Below are positions 61,915 to 64,000 of a stretch of 64,000 nt of DNA, in pieces. The notes under the pieces were generated by a model. It had not been told where the DNA came from, made no database searches, and saw nothing but the letters and a program-made list of their open reading frames with translations. The first letter of the stretch is position 1. Each line of letters begins with the position of its first letter. A program made the position numbers and the translations under genes. This DNA is from Paraspadella gotoi (lineage: Eukaryota; Animalia; Chaetognatha): positions 21,810,370-21,874,369 of the forward strand of contig CM119270.1 in the NCBI GenBank assembly GCA_051294375.1, in the 5' to 3' direction.

Positions 61915-62434
61915 TTTATAGATAAGGCGCTAAGTGATCTCCGCAACTTCTTTAACCCCCTCTAGCAGTCATGGAACGGAACCTGGGGTTGGAACTGAAG
62001 AGACAGTAATTATTGTTATGTGTTAGTGACAGAACCGTTCAATATAAGCAGTCCCTGAGCTTCGGATCAGGTTGTAACACCGTGTTACATGCGGGTTAAG
62101 CGCCCCGTCCCTCTTAACTGCTAAGCGACTACAGGGCTTTTGGGTTGGGTTGGCACCTTTGGATTGGGAGGCGAATGACTTGCCTCCGGCACCAATTGCC
62201 GCTGATAAACGGTTGGTGGATTTTAGTCCACCATAGAACCATGCTTGAAGGTTATTCACGCCCCCAATGTGGTTTAAGGTCGTCCTCACGGTAACAACAA
62301 GGTAGGTAGCGGGTTGGGATCGAACCCGGTACCTCGAGGTCATGAGCTGAAGATTTTAGTGAATAAGCCACGGTGCGTCGATTGAAGTCGTCATGTTTAT
62401 AAGCGGGGTGAACTTATGCAATGCCCAACTACAT
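61915..62434 (-). mobile_element. tRNA(Met)-like SINE-type element, long form (~520 bp), cleanest copy
   Basis: Minus strand reads: conserved 5' extension with TATAAA, then GCACCGTGGCTTATTCACT..CAGCTCATGACC..GGGTTCGATCCC, a body with hairpins, and a 3' end TTAGCGCCTTATCTATAAAT. Confidence 0.7.
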
Positions 62435-62779
62435 ATTTACCAAAATTTACCGTTTTACAAATTAACATTACAATACATTACATCCAGGCATTATGAACAG
62501 AAATGGGACACATTCCGAAAATAGTGGCAAATTTTCTTTTAAATTAACTAAAATCGAGTCTTAATTTTTTAAGTTTATTTTCTTGTCAACTGCGAAAAGC
62601 TTATGTCATCTTTAATGAGATAATAAATAAAAAAAGAAGAAGCTATATCTGTCGTCGTTCTCTCTCTCTCTCTCTCTCTCTCCTCTCTGCTCACTCTTCC
62701 TCTTCTCCATTCGATTCGTTTCTTTTCAATGACGAAATTAAGAGGAAATTCAATTTCACGAAAAGGAAGAAAGGCTTTT

Positions 62780-62861
<82 letters not shown>

Positions 62862-63138
62862 AGAGAATCCTTCTCCTCCCTTTCACTTTCATTGCTTTCC
62901 CATCTTCCCCAGCCTCGTTGTCATTTCTCCGCCAAGAGAGAGAGAAAGAGAGAGAGGGAGGAGAGAGAGAAGAGAGAGAGGAGAGAGCGAGAGAGAGAGA
63001 GAGAGAAGAGAGAGAGTCGAGTTTTTTCCTCCGCCAGGAAGCCGAGACGAAAGGGGAGGCATGTCTACCTCCAGTTAATTAACTAATTAGAGAGAAGAGA
63101 AAAGGCAGGGAATTCTCTCTTTTCTCCCTCTTCTCTCT

Positions 63139-63196
<58 letters not shown>

Positions 63197-63462
63197 TCTC
63201 TCTCTCTCTCCTCTCTCTTTCACTTCATTTTTTTGGTTATTCTTCACGTTTACCAGTGACTAATTAACAATTATTAATAAATTAATAATTCTAGTAACGA
63301 ATAAAATGTGCGTGTAATTAATATTTTTTCTGTTGATGTTACGAAAGCGAATAATGTAACAAGTTCTTTGTATTTGTAATTGAACGAAAAGCTACTTAGT
63401 TTAGGAAAAGTGTTTTTTTATTAATATTGTTGTAGCTAAATAAAAACAACTACTTTTTGTAG

Positions 63463-63519
63463 AGTATGATGACGGAGGCCATGATAAAGAGAGAGAGGCC
63501 AGCGCCGCACAAAGAGGAC
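63463..63519 (+). CDS. Candidate 57-nt internal exon (YDDGGHDKEREASAAQRG), gene unknown
   Basis: Bounded by TTTTTGTAG| and |GTGAGT, symmetric phase 1. The duplicate at ~36435-36498(-) differs by indels. Confidence 0.2.
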
Positions 63520-64000
63520 GTGAGTAAAACTGCAGAATAGAAAAGAAAAATGATGTTGAGTACAGCATTTAAATGCTGTTGAGTACAGCATTTAATATTT
63601 ATTGAGTGCGTGGGTTAGGGCAATATAACGTTTTGTTTCACTTCCTACGCTAAAATCAAAATAAACGTTTCCTCAATTTGTTTATGTCTTTATTAATTTA
63701 GTATTATTTCAAATTAAAAACTTTCCTGTTTTATTTCAATAAACATATATTTAAATTATAAATTGGAAAGTTATTTTAAAAAACATTAACTTTCTTCTTT
63801 TTGCCTCTTCTCTCTCTCTCTCTTTTCTCTCTCTCTCTCTCTCTCTCTCTTTCTATCTTCTCTCTCTCTCTCTCTCTCTCCTCTCTTCTCTCTCTCTCCT
63901 CTCTCTCCTCTCTCTCTCTCTCCTCTCTCTCCTCTCCCCCCCATTTTCCATCGTCTCCTCTCTGTCTGAACCTCGTTTCCCCCACATCACGAATCCGCAT

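Noticed and set aside
61990-62040. Hammerhead-like CTGAAGA followed by a stem; also twister-like GGTTACAAGCCC on the minus strand at ~31203-31214
   Set aside because: There is no GAAA after stem II in any copy. The twister-like loop is not conserved in the other copies and lacks the downstream pairing. An Rfam scan would settle it.
62290-62378. Functional tRNA-Met gene
   Set aside because: The acceptor and anticodon stems do not pair properly, and copies are diverged and embedded in a longer repeat.

Overview
This is eukaryotic (invertebrate animal) genomic DNA: AT-rich, dense in (GA)n/(CT)n, (CGA)n and (GAT)n microsatellites, and from a draft assembly with many N gaps. Two genes are firmly identifiable, in tandem on the + strand with 568 nt between them. 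The first is a 3-exon histone H2A.Z (8511-9627) whose two introns do not match the classical H2A.Z positions. The second is an hnRNP M/MYEF2-family three-RRM protein with an intron-free CDS (10196-11935). Both have a splice-acceptor-like site just upstream of the ATG, so a dicistronic/trans-spliced unit is possible. Less certain are a convergent minus-strand gene (terminal exon 14955-15620), a low-complexity/repeat-protein gene present in several copies after 31 kb, and a small basic RS-rich ORF behind an RFX X-box. Repeats include a tRNA(Met)-like SINE-type family with an unusual conserved 5' extension and a structured internal module, a Helentron/HINE-like element, a MITE with a degenerate telomere-like core, an ~85-bp dispersed repeat and a 28x31-bp array of GTCACGTGAC palindromes. 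About half the window (18-24 kb and 31.5-64 kb) consists of inverted or direct duplications. These abut gaps of exactly 25 N and differ by raw-read-like indels, so they are most likely assembly artefacts. I found no prokaryotic-type system (CRISPR etc.). All assignments are by eye, without database searches.
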